From Phyllosticta citribraziliensis (Eukaryota), in the NCBI RefSeq assembly GCF_038025025.1, contig NW_027117345.1, positions 992,001 to 1,056,000 of the forward strand: DNA of 64,000 bases, read 5' to 3'. Below, in pieces: positions 46,955 through 58,886 of this stretch. Within the stretch, counting starts at the first letter, position 1, and the number at the start of each line of letters is the position of its first letter. The notes beneath the pieces are model-generated. The model saw only the letters and a program-made list of their open reading frames with translations. It had not been told where the DNA came from and ran no database searches. The position numbers and the translations under genes were made by a program.

Positions 46955-49126
46955 ATGGCCGCTCCCACCAACAAGAGATGGGGTGTCACAGACCCAATCT
47001 CACGAAAGCCTCCCACCGAGGCCGAGCTCTCCATGGACGCGGCCCTGCTCGAAGAGCTGCGCGACCAAAAGACTTTTGAAGCTCCAGAGGAGACGGAGAA
47101 GAGGTGAGCTTTACATGTCTTGCACAAGCTTGTACGTTTGCTGACTTTGGGCAGAGGTGCTGCGCTACAGAAGCTTCAAAAAGCTGTCGAGGAATTCGTT
47201 ATCCACGTCGGCAAAGTCAAGGGCCTGGCTCCCTCGGTCATCAACAACGCTGGTGGCAAGATCTTCACCTTTGGCAGCTACCGCCTTGGTGTATATGGGC
47301 CTGGTACGCTATAACCCGGCACCCAAATAATGGACATGCGCAATGCTGATTTCCTGTCTTTCTTAGGCTCCGATATCGATACTCTGGTGGTCGCCCCTAA
47401 GCACGTAACGCGAGACGACTTTTTTGAACATTTCATCAATGTACTCGAACGTGTCTCCCCCCCGGGTGCCATTGAAAAGTTCTCCCCTGTTCCCGAGGCC
47501 TTTACGCCCATCATCAAGATGGACTACCTCGGAATCGACATCGACCTGATCTTCGCACGTCTCGCGCTCGCTTCGGTCCCTCTCGACCTGGATTTGAAGG
47601 ACAACAACCTGCTGCGTGGTCTGGACGAGACTGATCTGAGGAGTGTCAACGGGACGCGTGTCACGGACGAGGTCTTATCTCTCGTCCCTCAGCCCAAGAT
47701 ATTCAGACAAGTCACCAGGGCCGTGAAGCTATGGGCCCAGAGGAGGGCCATTTATGCCAACATCGTGGGATTTCCAGGAGGCATTGCATGGGCAATGATG
47801 GTTGCAAGAGTCTGTCAGCTATATCCAATGGCCTGTGCGGCCGTAGTCTTGGGAAAATTCTTCTACCTGACAAGTACTTGGCCCTGGCCGCGTCCCATCA
47901 TGCTCAAGGAAATCGAGGATGGTCCCCTGCAGGTCAGGGTGTGGAATCCCCAAATCTATCCTGGCGACAAGCGTCACCTGATGCCAATCATTACTCCCGC
48001 CTACCCATCCATGTGCGCCACTCACAATGTCACCCACTCGACGAAGAAGGTCATCCAGCGGGAGCTGGAACGTGCCCGCACTCTGTCAACCGAGATTCTG
48101 GACGGCAAGAAGAAGTGGAGGGACTTGTTCGAGAGGCACACCTTTTTCACACAGGATTTCAAGTACTACCTCAGCATCGTCGCCGCAAGCAACGACAAGG
48201 AAGCTCAGGACAACTGGAGCAGCTCGGTGGAATCCAAGGTACGGAAGCTTGTCGGTCTGATCGAGCAATCTCCGGCAGAGGACATTGAACTGGCACAACC
48301 ATACAACAAGGGTTTCAAGCGCGTGCATCACTGCAAAAACGATGAAGAAAAGGAAAAGGTCCTCCAAGGAAGCGTCGATTTTGTCATCAAAACGGCCACT
48401 ACCAACGAATCCAACGGACTGCTCCAGGACATTGGGGCTCAAGGCGCGGCAAACAAGCTCGATCTTGACAACACAGCACCAGATGGTGGAAATCCCAACG
48501 GCACCGGCGAGGACACCAATGGAACTGACCTCATGACCGTTTACACCACCACATTCTACATTGGCATTGAGCTAAAGCCCGGTAAGTGCTCGGTCAGAAA
48601 CCCCCTGTAGCTTTTCTAAGTGCGTGACATCACAGGTGCCAAGTCTCTCGACATTACCTACGCCGTCGCAGAGTTCAAGCGACAGTGTCAAGAGTGGGCC
48701 TCTTACGATCCCAACCTTCACTCAATCCGCATCGTAACAACGAGAAAGTTAGTCTCAATGCTTGTTGAGCCCATGACACAACTGATTAGTTGCAGTTACG
48801 ACCTGCCAGAGGACTGCTTCGAGCCTGGCGAAACCCGCCCTGCCAAGGCCAAGAAGGCAAAGTCCAAGAAGAGGACCCATCGTGAAGCCGGAATCGAGGT
48901 CAGTCATGACAGCTTACATGAGACTGCTCATGTGCAGCCTACGCAAATTTCGCAAACCACCCGCCGGAGAGACTTTTCGGTCGAGTCGCTCGCGCTAGGT
49001 TGCACGAGCATGCAAGTTCTTTTCACTGAACTCATGGCTGACTTTTGATAGGAGACCGACTCGCAGAATTCGACCAAGCGCCGCCAGTCCAGCAACGGCG
49101 AAGTGGCGCCAACGCCGGCAGGCTGA
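46955..49126 (+). CDS. PAP1: Canonical poly(A) polymerase
   Basis: Exons 46955-47103, 47155-47303, 47367-48581, 48636-48747, 48796-48898, 49052-49126. Motifs [60 protein letters not shown]. Confidence 0.97.
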
Positions 49127-50424
49127 AATCACCACCAAGGTGTAGTTCTTCGAGCACACATTGCCAAGCTCACCCTTGCCTCGAAAAGATACCTGATTGA
49201 TAAGAGCCTTGATAGCAGGATCTGGCGTATCACGACCCCCGACCCGGATGCCCAGTTTCTACTTGTCTTGTGCTCAACTTTGGTGAAGAAGCAATCGACA
49301 GACGGGGTTGCAGTAGGTTTGTAATGCCGACTTGCACTAACATTCAAAACTCCCATCCAGAGCTTCGTCGTGTTGAGTGGAGAGAGGAGCATTTGCTTTG
49401 TCAAAGACGGAAGTTTTCCCCAAAACCCAAAAAAAGTTCAAAGAAGACTGTCTCTGGGCCTTGCGAATCCGCAATAACGCCCAGGACGTTGCTGTTCCGA
49501 AGTTTTCTTTTCCTTTTCTTCTATAAATGGACCAGGCAACAAGCCACAGGTCAGGCATGGATACCAGCATTGCAGCGGCGTTTCAGCAAAGGGCAGACCA
49601 CAGCGGATGGAACGGTTTGCAAGCAGGGAGCTTCCAGATTCTACTCTTCTGGCTTAGCTCAGCGTTTCTGTTCTAGTTTAGGGAGAGCGAGCGAGCGAGG
49701 GGCAGAGGCAGCTAGGTAGACACCTCCGGGTCTTAATTGATGCAAATTTCAGAGGTCTACGGGCCTCGCCATCTCGATTCTTTTCGCGCATACCAAGAAC
49801 TGAGCATATTGCCATGCTTGTCGCCGCATACGCGAGTAGAGTGCGCTGCATGGGATAGCCTTGGGCTACCATTTCCCGAACTGGCATCCATATCTTATCT
49901 AGGGCCCGCCAGATCAATCTCTGGTGGACGCAATTCGATGGACTCTGGAATTGCAGTTTCGCCGTCAGGGTTTCCGACTTTCCCATCAGATGCGCCCGCC
50001 CGCGCTAACGAATTTAGAAGCTGGGCGACGGAGTTATGCTTGATTGCACCAAGCCACGGCGACGTTGAAGATGGCTGTGCTGTGTGGCTTTCGGACGTCA
50101 CAAAAAGGCAGCACAGTTCGCATTTGTAGATGCAAATCCACCTACGCCGGCTTCGCTCCAGTTCTTTGAGAAGTCGGAAGCACTCAGGTCCCTCCTTCAG
50201 GTCTATGGGTCCTTGTTTTATGCACAACCCGCATACGTCATAGCGACCCACGTCACAGTTGCACCCACACACTGGAACATCACCTTCGTTCAGTCGTCAG
50301 CGACACTCGACTTAGAGATCATACAATCAGCAAACCGACCAACCACTCAATCAACCAACTCCAATCCAGAAAAAAACACCAACGCCTTCGCAACCCACCA
50401 ACCACCAACCAACAATCACCCAAC

Positions 50425-50733
50425 ATGCCTCACCCACCAAACCAACGCCAGCACCAACGCGAGCAGCAGCGCCTCCGCCAGCACCTCCCCGGCAACAAAC
50501 GCCCCACGCACTCGCACCTCCTGACGTCGGGCGCCAAGCAGATTCTCAACTTCAGCGGCATACGGCATCCGCAGCAGACGTTCACGGAGCGCTTGCGCGA
50601 GGCGGAGTTGACGGCTACTACTACTACTACGAGTCCGCCTGGTGCTGGTGCTGGTGCGGCGCCAGCGAGTAAGGGGGAGAGGGAAAGGGAGAGGGGCCAT
50701 CGGCCAATGGCGATGAGGAGGCATACGTCGTGA
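50425..50733 (+). CDS. Hypothetical small basic protein (102 aa)
   Basis: CAACATG start after an A/C-rich leader and GC3-rich codons; no recognisable domain. Confidence 0.45.
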   Translation: MPHPPNQRQHQREQQRLRQHLPGNKRPTHSHLLTSGAKQILNFSGIRHPQQTFTERLREAELTATTTTTSPPGAGAGAAPASKGERERERGHRPMAMRRHTS

Positions 50734-51196
50734 GTGAGGGCGGGGAAGTAGGAGGGGTGGGTTTGGGGTTGGATGAGGAGGGAGAGGTCTGTGGCTCACC
50801 AACGCCGTTGGTGGCGGTGGTGGAGTACTTGAAGGGGAGTTAGTTGGTTGAAGATTTATGACTGCCGTAGACAGGCCAGGCAAAGCCTTTGGACGGCACC
50901 AATGTTCAGGCGCCTATACCATTCATCAAATCCACATCGCCATCGGCATTGCTGTTGCGTTTTACAGCTGCGCCTAACGTGTTAGAAAATGTCGAACAAG
51001 TCGTGTGCATATGTCAACGAGGGGCACAGATCCAGTGATCAGGAACGGCGGTAGCGGTGTTGAGAGACAGACCAACGGCGGCGCCTACAGCCAGGACATA
51101 ATGGGATTCCACTTCACAAGGAAATTGATGTGGTCAGGCACATGGGTGGGACTGTGCGTCAAGCCGGAGGCTCGAGGCAAGAGACAAGAGCGCCCC

Positions 51197-51390
51197 AGTC
51201 CCAATCTGTCAATATCGAACATGGCATCCCGAAATCTCGAATTTGCCGGCCAATCAACAAACGAGCGCAAAGGAGACTGTGCACCAAGGGATATGAGAGT
51301 AGTCCCGTTCTGTCCAACTTCCAACATGGCATCCAGAATCTCGAATTCGCCGGCCAATCGACGAGCGAGCGCAAAGGGGACTGTGCTCTT
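51197..51390. repeat. Degenerate ~104-bp tandem duplication
   Basis: AGTCCC..TCTGTC..AACATGGCATCC..AATCTCGAATT(T/C)GCCGGCCAATC..CGAGCGCAAAGG(A/G)GACTGTGC starts at both 51197 and 51301. Confidence 0.85.
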
Positions 51391-51664
51391 AGAGTTCAAG
51401 AGAGGGAGGGGGTGAGTCACAACGCTTGGGGACGAAGGAGACGGAGCGCCCGTGGAGGGCTTTGGACGCAAACGCAAACCAAGATGTGTGTGTGATCTGG
51501 ACACTCGGACGGATGGTTCTGGGTCGACCGTGCAAAGAGCAATGCGAATAGTTACGATTATGAAATGTCATCTTTGTCGCAATCTTCCCTATGGTATCTT
51601 TTGACAAGAAGAAGAAACTAAGAATGATTAGCCATCCAACGAACGACCGTCCCATGCGCCCCGA

Positions 51665-53695
51665 TCAGCAAATCTTGATGCCGCAACACTCGATACTGGC
51701 GCCATGCACCTCAGCCCGGCGGCCAAAGTACATGGCTAGCACCTCCTTGACAAACGCCTTGTCCGTCTCGCTCCAGACGTCGAGCCCCATGCGACTCGTG
51801 TCCTCGCTGTGCACGACAACAGAGCGCTCTTCGCCCTCGACCTCTTCGTCGTCGCCCTCCTCGTCATCCGCCGCGTCGACGAGGTCTCCCAGCGTGCTAA
51901 AGATCTCGGCCGTCAGCCGGTGGAAGTAGGCGATGATGGCCGTGTGCGGTGCGCCAGCACCTTGGTACCATGTCTGGGCCATGGCGTCATCGGACGAGCC
52001 GCGTAGTGATGCCGTCATGAAGTCGGACAGGTCGCCTAGAAGTGCGCGGTCGCTGTCTGCCTCTTCGGCGGCGGATGAGTCGCGCTCGCCTGCAGACGCC
52101 CACCACATGAAGCCCGAGTACGCCAGGGCAGTCCAACTGGGCGCCTCGACGAGGTTGTCGGCGTAGATGTCGTCCTCGCTGCTTTCACTCTCGGTTCTGC
52201 TCCGACTGAGCAGCGCGACTTGGTCGTCATCGGTCTCGGAATCATCGTCCGAGTCGGCGCCGCCGTGGTCGTCTTGGCGGTGGACCTCCATTGAGTGGCG
52301 TTGCGTCTTGCGGAGTTCTGAATGAAGTATGCGAAAGCGGCGCATGTCTCTTTGTGTGGCTTTTATTTCTTTCCCGGTGGAGGTCTTGATTCGCGGCCAG
52401 CGCTTTTCTTGTGCCGGGCTTTCTAGCTGGGCGGGAAGCTCGACAATGATGTCGTAGAGATTTGCTTTTATGGAGAGAACTTCATCGGTAGTGCAAGCGG
52501 CCCAACCGGGTGTCCATGCGCCGCCATCCAGAAAGTAGTTGGAATCTTTCGCTTCTTCGTGCTTTTTGGCATCGTCTTGCAGATTTGGAATGTCATGAAC
52601 GCCGACAGTGAAGAGGCTTCGTAAGCGATGCAGTGGCTCCGAGCCTGGAGGTAACACGCCCGTCACGGAAGAAGGAATGCTAGAGAGAATAGAAAGGTCA
52701 TACACTGTATGTGTTGTAAGCATATTGCGCCACTCCCGCGGTCTCTATACGTACCGAACTCGCAAGATAGCCGGACCGGCGGCGTCGTTATGAACAAAAT
52801 ACGCTTCCTTAGGAGCGCCGCTCGTTGAAGAGGAAAGACCAACGGTCCAAATGTGTCTATGTACTTGATTATCGACAAGGCGGGATGCGATACGCTCAGG
52901 GTCTCGTGTCCAGGGTGGAATTGGGTAATGTTCGAGAGACCTCTATTTCTCGAGGCATACGTCTTGTTCTTCCTCAAGACCGAAGGTGGGGGCCTGGACA
53001 CAATTGGCGACGACGGTGTCGAGTCGACGCCTTCATCGATTCGGTTGCGATCGGCGCTGTTGTCGACCCAGTACTGCTCAAGTGGCTCCGTCTTTGTCGT
53101 GTCGTGCACAAGTTGTCTAGCGGTAGCGTTTAGCTACTGTTCCCTTCGCGATGATGATAGCGGCTTACTTTGCCAGTTCGCGCAGCTTCTGCGCGTGAAG
53201 CCAGCTCCGTCCAAGTCGCCCTCGGCTCAAGGGCACCAGGATTCCGACTGCGACGAGATGCGCATTGCGTTCCTCCTCGGACGCGGGCCCGTTGATGAAT
53301 GCGCTGAGGCCGACGTATCTATCGTGTACAAAGTATCTTGCGCGGAGTGTCAATCGCCGCTGTCGCTGATGATATCATGTAGCTGAACCTACACCAAGTC
53401 CTCTTTAATGCTGTGAAGGCCCGAAGGCAAAGACTTGAATTCTACCGCTCCATCAAGGTCGACTAGGGTACGGTGAGTATTCGAAGGCGACGAGTCTGGG
53501 GTCGGGGATCATACGGCCGGCAACGGAGCGCTTCCAGGTGATGGTGTACCTGCGCTACGGGATCAGTGGGAGACTCGTGGGCGTCGCTTCGGGGACAGCT
53601 TACCCGACTTTGAGGTCGAATTTGATCAAGAAGAGAGCGGCGAGCGGCGGCAACTGGGCGTCCGAGGCGTTGTTGTTCGCATTAGTCGCGGACAT
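51665..53695 (-). CDS. Anr2/DENND11(LCHN)-like AVL9/DENN-related protein (DUF2347 + DUF4484 type)
   Basis: Exons 53695-53604, 53549-53515, 53462-53393, 53336-53169, 53116-52755, 52704-51665. Motifs ALFLIKFDLKVGYTITW, VEFKSLPSGLH, DLVYFVH, FGPLVFPLQRAALLRKRIL, LAYSGFMWWASAGE and C-terminal ECCGIKIC. Confidence 0.85.
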
Positions 53696-54700
53696 GGCTT
53701 CGGCGCCTCATGGCAAGGACGGATTCGTCGAAGGCTGTTGGCAAAAGGTGTGGAGAGGTTGTGGAGGCTGGAGCCGCCCGGCTGCGCGTCATGCGACGCC
53801 GTTGGAGGCCCCCGGCCAGAGCTTGTCCGCCGCGGCTGGCGGCTCCTTGCTCGCCGTGCTTGTCTCGACCGCACCACAACCTCGCTCCTTTCACTCATGC
53901 GCCTTTACGGGTGATTCGAAGCACTCAATTGGACTGCCATTGTACTGTTCGCAGTAAAAGTCCTGGCTGTGCTTCTCGTCCTCATGCCATCCTTCTCTTT
54001 CTCCAGACCGAGTTCCCCCAGCCTCTCGCGGCACCCCTTATGCTGTGACACTACAGCCAAAGTTTATTTGCCCATCGACGCCCAGGCAACGGTCACGAGA
54101 GCATCTGTCGTGCTCCGCATGGCTTCAGATTGCGATCAACAAGAGCCATGTACGGACGCATCAAGACACTTGGGGATACGAAATTCAAGGCAGACTCGGA
54201 CCTCGCTTGGATATTAGCTGCTGCCTACGTCGCCAGCTTGAAACTGTCAATTGAGCAAATCTTTCTCCAATCCCAATCAGACCAGACCGGCTGTCGCTGT
54301 TCTTGTTGAATAGCTAGAATCTGATCAGATAAGAGCTGCAAAGGCATGTGTCATCACCATGCATCTACTTTGTACGACGCCACAACCTGTTGAGCCGTTT
54401 TTCACCCAAAGGTCACAGTCACAACCAAGGTGTTGTTCAAGAACCACATGATCACGAGTCTCTGTTTGATTCCCTTTGCAAAGCTAAATTCTAAATCGTC
54501 ATCATGCTGTCTCCTCGAGCCTTTCGAGAAGTGTTTGCTTGCAGGCATCCATTACGTCGTCCATGAAGTATTCGAAGCCACCCGTTTCCCAGAACTTCCT
54601 TGGCTCCATCTTTGATACCACTACCCGATTCTTGTACTCCACACCTTGGTATAGCCGGACCCATGTACAAAAGCTTTCCACCTGTCGAACTCTAGCATCC

Positions 54701-56109
54701 TCAACGATCCCCCTGCTCCTGATTCGAGCTCGTCTTGTCGTCTCCAGCTCCAGGTTCAGCTGCCCTCGTCTGGCTTTCCTCCTTTGACGTATCTGGCTGC
54801 GAGGCTCCAGGTAACGCAGGCAGCGGATGGTCTGGCGGCGGAAACGTAGGCGGAGGAAAAGACGTCAAAACGGGGCGAGCACCAGCGCCTTGGGCATCGG
54901 CCTGTCCACCTTGTCGCTGTCTGTCATCGTCCTCACCATCTCGCGACGCCTCGTCCGCTGGGACTCCCAGCCACTGACAAACAGACTGCCTTGACCGCTC
55001 CCGCTCCAAATGTGCTCTTTCATAGCGCTCAAGCCTTTTGCGCGCCTCGCGTTCCTTTGCCTTCCTGCTTGCGCGCTCACGCTTGCGCTCGCGGCGTCGC
55101 TCAATCTCAGCTTGTTCGGCGTCGACTGTGTCGGCCCCGTCGTCTTGTTCTTGGAGCTTGGCGTGTCCGTTGTCGTTGCGGCCGCGCTCGTTTTCAGGCT
55201 CTGGTTGCGACTTTTGATCTTCCTCGCTGAAGATGCTCGGGAGGTTGTCGATGGGTATCGCAGGCGCGCAGGCTTGGACTGGTCTGGCTGGTGCGAGAGT
55301 TGGTGTGCGTGGTGGTTCGGCGCTCGCTTCAGGCTGCGCATCACGGCGCGAACGCTCTCTGATTGTGACGCGGATGGTCCGCGGGGCAAGTGTAGGTGAT
55401 GTAGGTGATGTGGGTGAGGTGGGTGAGGATGGTAGAGAGTCTTCATCGTCGACATTGTTGTTATTGTCAGCACCCCGTGGCGGAGTGTTGTTGAAGTGAT
55501 ATGCCGTGCTGGAAGCCTTTGCAGGCGAGTCGTCGAGGTGAGCCGGCGCATCAGACGCATCCACGCCGCGCGACAGGAATCTGGGGAGACTGGAGATGCT
55601 GAGGGCAGCTCCATCGTGGTCTCTCGCCGCATCTTCATCCGCCTTCATCTCTGCTGCGGGTGATCCGCCAAAGACGCTGCCATCGCTGTCATCCTTGGTG
55701 TCGTTGCTGTCGACCTCCTTCGTCCGCAGGGCCAGCTTCATCTTTGGTGGCGGCGCAGGCTGCAGCTTTGGTGCAGTGGCTAGAGTGTCCATGCTCATGA
55801 CCTGGCGGAGCGGACTGGGGTTCTTCGGCGTGTGGTCATGGGCAGGCAGCGTGCCATCGACTGCTCCTTAAGAGTTAGCGGACATAAAGCTGGATGCTCC
55901 CCAAGATATGAGGGTAGCGCGCGCGAATGCTCCTTGCGCGGGGAGGTGAGGTGAGTGGAATGAATACGCATCGACGTCGACGTGAGTCCCCGTGAATGCT
56001 CCCCAGAGCATGGCGCGACGACGCGCGACTGCTCCTTGGGATCACGCGCGAGTGGGAATGAATGCTTCTTAGACTTACCCTTAAGCGGCGTGGAAGGAGA
56101 CGACGACAT
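54701..56109 (-). CDS. Hypothetical low-complexity protein (~398 aa; SPT repeats, charged coiled coil)
   Basis: Exon 56109-56079 (MSSSPSTPLKG), intron GTAAGT..GCTAAC..AAG at 56078-55867, exon 55866-54701 in frame with the 365-aa ORF. The 3' end is uncertain (see findings). Confidence 0.65.
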
Positions 56110-56758
56110 GTCGATGAAGTGTGATGGTGGTGGTTGAAGGTGCCGTGGAGTGTGGCGAGTTAACGAAGGTGTTGCGCCGAAGTGCAGTTTTAAAAGCGAT
56201 GCAGTTTAAGAAGTGTAGACAATTGACCTCCGAGTCGAGGGCGCTAGGACCCTCAGGCAGAAAGCACTTCACAGGTAGACAGGATATAGGAGGAGGGTGG
56301 AAGACAGGCTCAAATGGGAAGAACTATATCTGCTCAAGGCTTTGCTTGATCGATAGGTGACAGCGTTTGATAGACCGAAGAGACAGGTAGCAGGTGAATA
56401 CCGCAGTCGACTCTCTACTCTCTACTAGAAGTGCGCATGGGTCGTGGAAAGACACAAGGCTCAGCCCTTTTAAATACCCCTCTGACCAGTTTGAAGCACG
56501 ACTCAAGCTGGCCCGAGAAAACACATGGCCCTTTGCTCGCAACCAGGAAAGAATGCCAATCAGGTAGACTGCTACCTACAGCTGTCATGCAACCTCCAAG
56601 ATGCAAACTGAGTCATGGACGCCAGGAGTAAGTCAGAGAACTTTTGCAACAAAGAAGGAAAGTTGTGGAAGCAACAAGTCTCTCGACGGTCGACGTCAAA
56701 CAGCACTTGAATCTTCAAACAGATGGAATTTCTTTGCAAGGCTCTGGAGGATCCTGTG

Positions 56759-57352
56759 TCATCGGGGCCGAGATTTGTTAACGGGCTTCCGCGAAATGAC
56801 TGGTTTCCTGCGCACCATGGTGAGCTTCGACAAGTGGAGGATCGGCATGTGGACGTTGGACTCTGGCGGCTCGGGCTCCTCGCGAATGGTGTAGAGGTTG
56901 GCGGTGCTGTTGCGCGAGGACAGCGAGTCCCACGAGTTGCAGCGGTGCAGCCCTTGGTACTGGTCGACCAGGTCCGCCAGCGTTTGTGGCCTCGGCTCAG
57001 TCTGGCACGCCGTCGGCTCGTACGTGGCTCTCGCAAGGTACTCGGGGAACAGGATGGCTTCGTCCCGCCGGTCTGGGTCGGAGTAGCCTTGCTCCAGGGC
57101 ATTGTAGATGCTCACTGCTATGCAATGGGGCTTGTGTCGTGGCCGTGGAGTCTCGTCGAAGCGGAATGGGAGCAGATCTTGCTCGGTAAAAGATTCCGGT
57201 ATGCTCAGTGCACTTTCGGATTCATGCCTCCTGAGGGGTGGCCGCTTTCGAATGGGCACATCTACATGGGAAATATGCAAGACCTCGTCGATGGATGGAA
57301 TTGTGAAGAGGGGTTGGCTGTTGAAGACGTGTGGATATCGAGTTACTAGCAT
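56759..57352 (-). CDS. Hypothetical protein (197 aa)
   Basis: Intronless ORF from an ACAATG start with protein-like composition (AVSIYNALEQGYSDPDRRDEAILFPEYLAR); no family recognised. Confidence 0.55.
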   Translation of the reverse strand: MLVTRYPHVFNSQPLFTIPSIDEVLHISHVDVPIRKRPPLRRHESESALSIPESFTEQDLLPFRFDETPRPRHKPHCIAVSIYNALEQGYSDPDRRDEAILFPEYLARATYEPTACQTEPRPQTLADLVDQYQGLHRCNSWDSLSSRNSTANLYTIREEPEPPESNVHMPILHLSKLTMVRRKPVISRKPVNKSRPR

Positions 57353-58886
57353 TGTTATAGTCAATATTATAGATGAAGATGATGATCATCAACATACCTG
57401 CAACGTCGTCAATATTCCTCAGTCTGACATCTTCAACGAAAGACGGCTTTTCGCTCTTTCCCAGCCAATCGAAGCTTCGACCCATTTTGAAAATTGCGGT
57501 GTTTTAGCGCCAGCCGTCCAAATTCGCCAATTGACTCCCTGAAGTCTTCAGTTGGCAAGTGGTCCAATATCTCCAATGGCTTGAGGCTGAGGTAGTCGAG
57601 GGCGCAGGGGAAGATGGGCAAGTATCAAGTGATGTCAGAGGGACAATGGACTGGGCACGGGTGCAGCAGAGCAGAGGAAAGGTGGAGAAGAGCGGTGCTT
57701 ATAGCCATTCCTCGGGACAGAAGGATTTCCAAAGTTCAACGACGTTGAATGTCTGAAACGAGCAGCAATCCTGATTGCTTATACGGGTTGGCGTGAAGGA
57801 CAGGTGGAGGAGCATGTCTCTTGGCATCTTTTGTGTTTTAGCTTAGCACCAACGGACTAGATACATGTCAGTGGAGCTTGTCATGGACGGGTAAAAGTTT
57901 GGCGGTCCAGAGAGGCGGAGAAAGATTCGCGGCAAAGCAGAGGCAATGCAGAGTTGGCTTTTGGGCCCAGGCAATGCATCATGTAGGGTCTCTCTTTTGA
58001 CAGGTCGGAGGTGGTAGAATGGACCCTCGACGGCCCGTCCCTAGAGAATTGAAGGTTTCGAGCAGCGTCGCAAGAGTCGGGGAACCCTAGAGAGTGAAAC
58101 AGCGAGCATGAGCAGAGGGGAGACGGTGGAGCGGAGCGGGCCGCAGCCAATGGGTGTCGCAGGCCAACAACGGCCAAACCGCGACGGGCGTTGTTTGTCG
58201 TCGGTCGGAACAAAGAAGGACATTTTTACATACCTACATGCTTGCAGGACAGGCTTCAGTTGTTGAGTGCAGTCCAGTGGCACAGGCTGCCGTGACGCCA
58301 CAACGCTGACGATAAGGGCACTCGGCTGGACCCAATGACGCTGGATGCGGTCGGGTACGTGTAGGCTTGGGTGTAGGGATGGGAGCAGCGGCAAACAGGC
58401 CGAGGCCCCCCAACCAAGGCGGGGGTCTGCTAGCTCCAGCACGCCAAAAGATGATGACATGCGTCATGGAGCTGGTGTTGCTGCTTCGACGTTGATTGCC
58501 TCTCATCTATCTCACTTTGCATCCGTCCGTGTTTGCTTTTGCCTGTCTCGTCGCTGCGCCGCCTCACGACCGCCAACCCCAAACCCAAACCCAACCAACA
58601 CCCTCGACCTCGACCTCGACCTCGACCCCTCTGCTGTATCACGACCTGGCGTTGGATTGGGAACCTTACACGACTGCGCACGAGCCCCAGTGCAGCTGCA
58701 CCTCAATTGCGCCGATAACGTCCGCTGCAGCGACGCCCGTTGTCCATTGTTCGCTCCCTCTCACGCCCGCCGCTGCTTAGCTACTACCTTACCTGGACCT
58801 AGCTTGCCTGCCTGCCTGTCGCTTGCTCGTTTCCTTCATCTCATCTCGTCGTCTGCCTGCAAGGCCTTCTTCTGCCGTCCGTCAAA

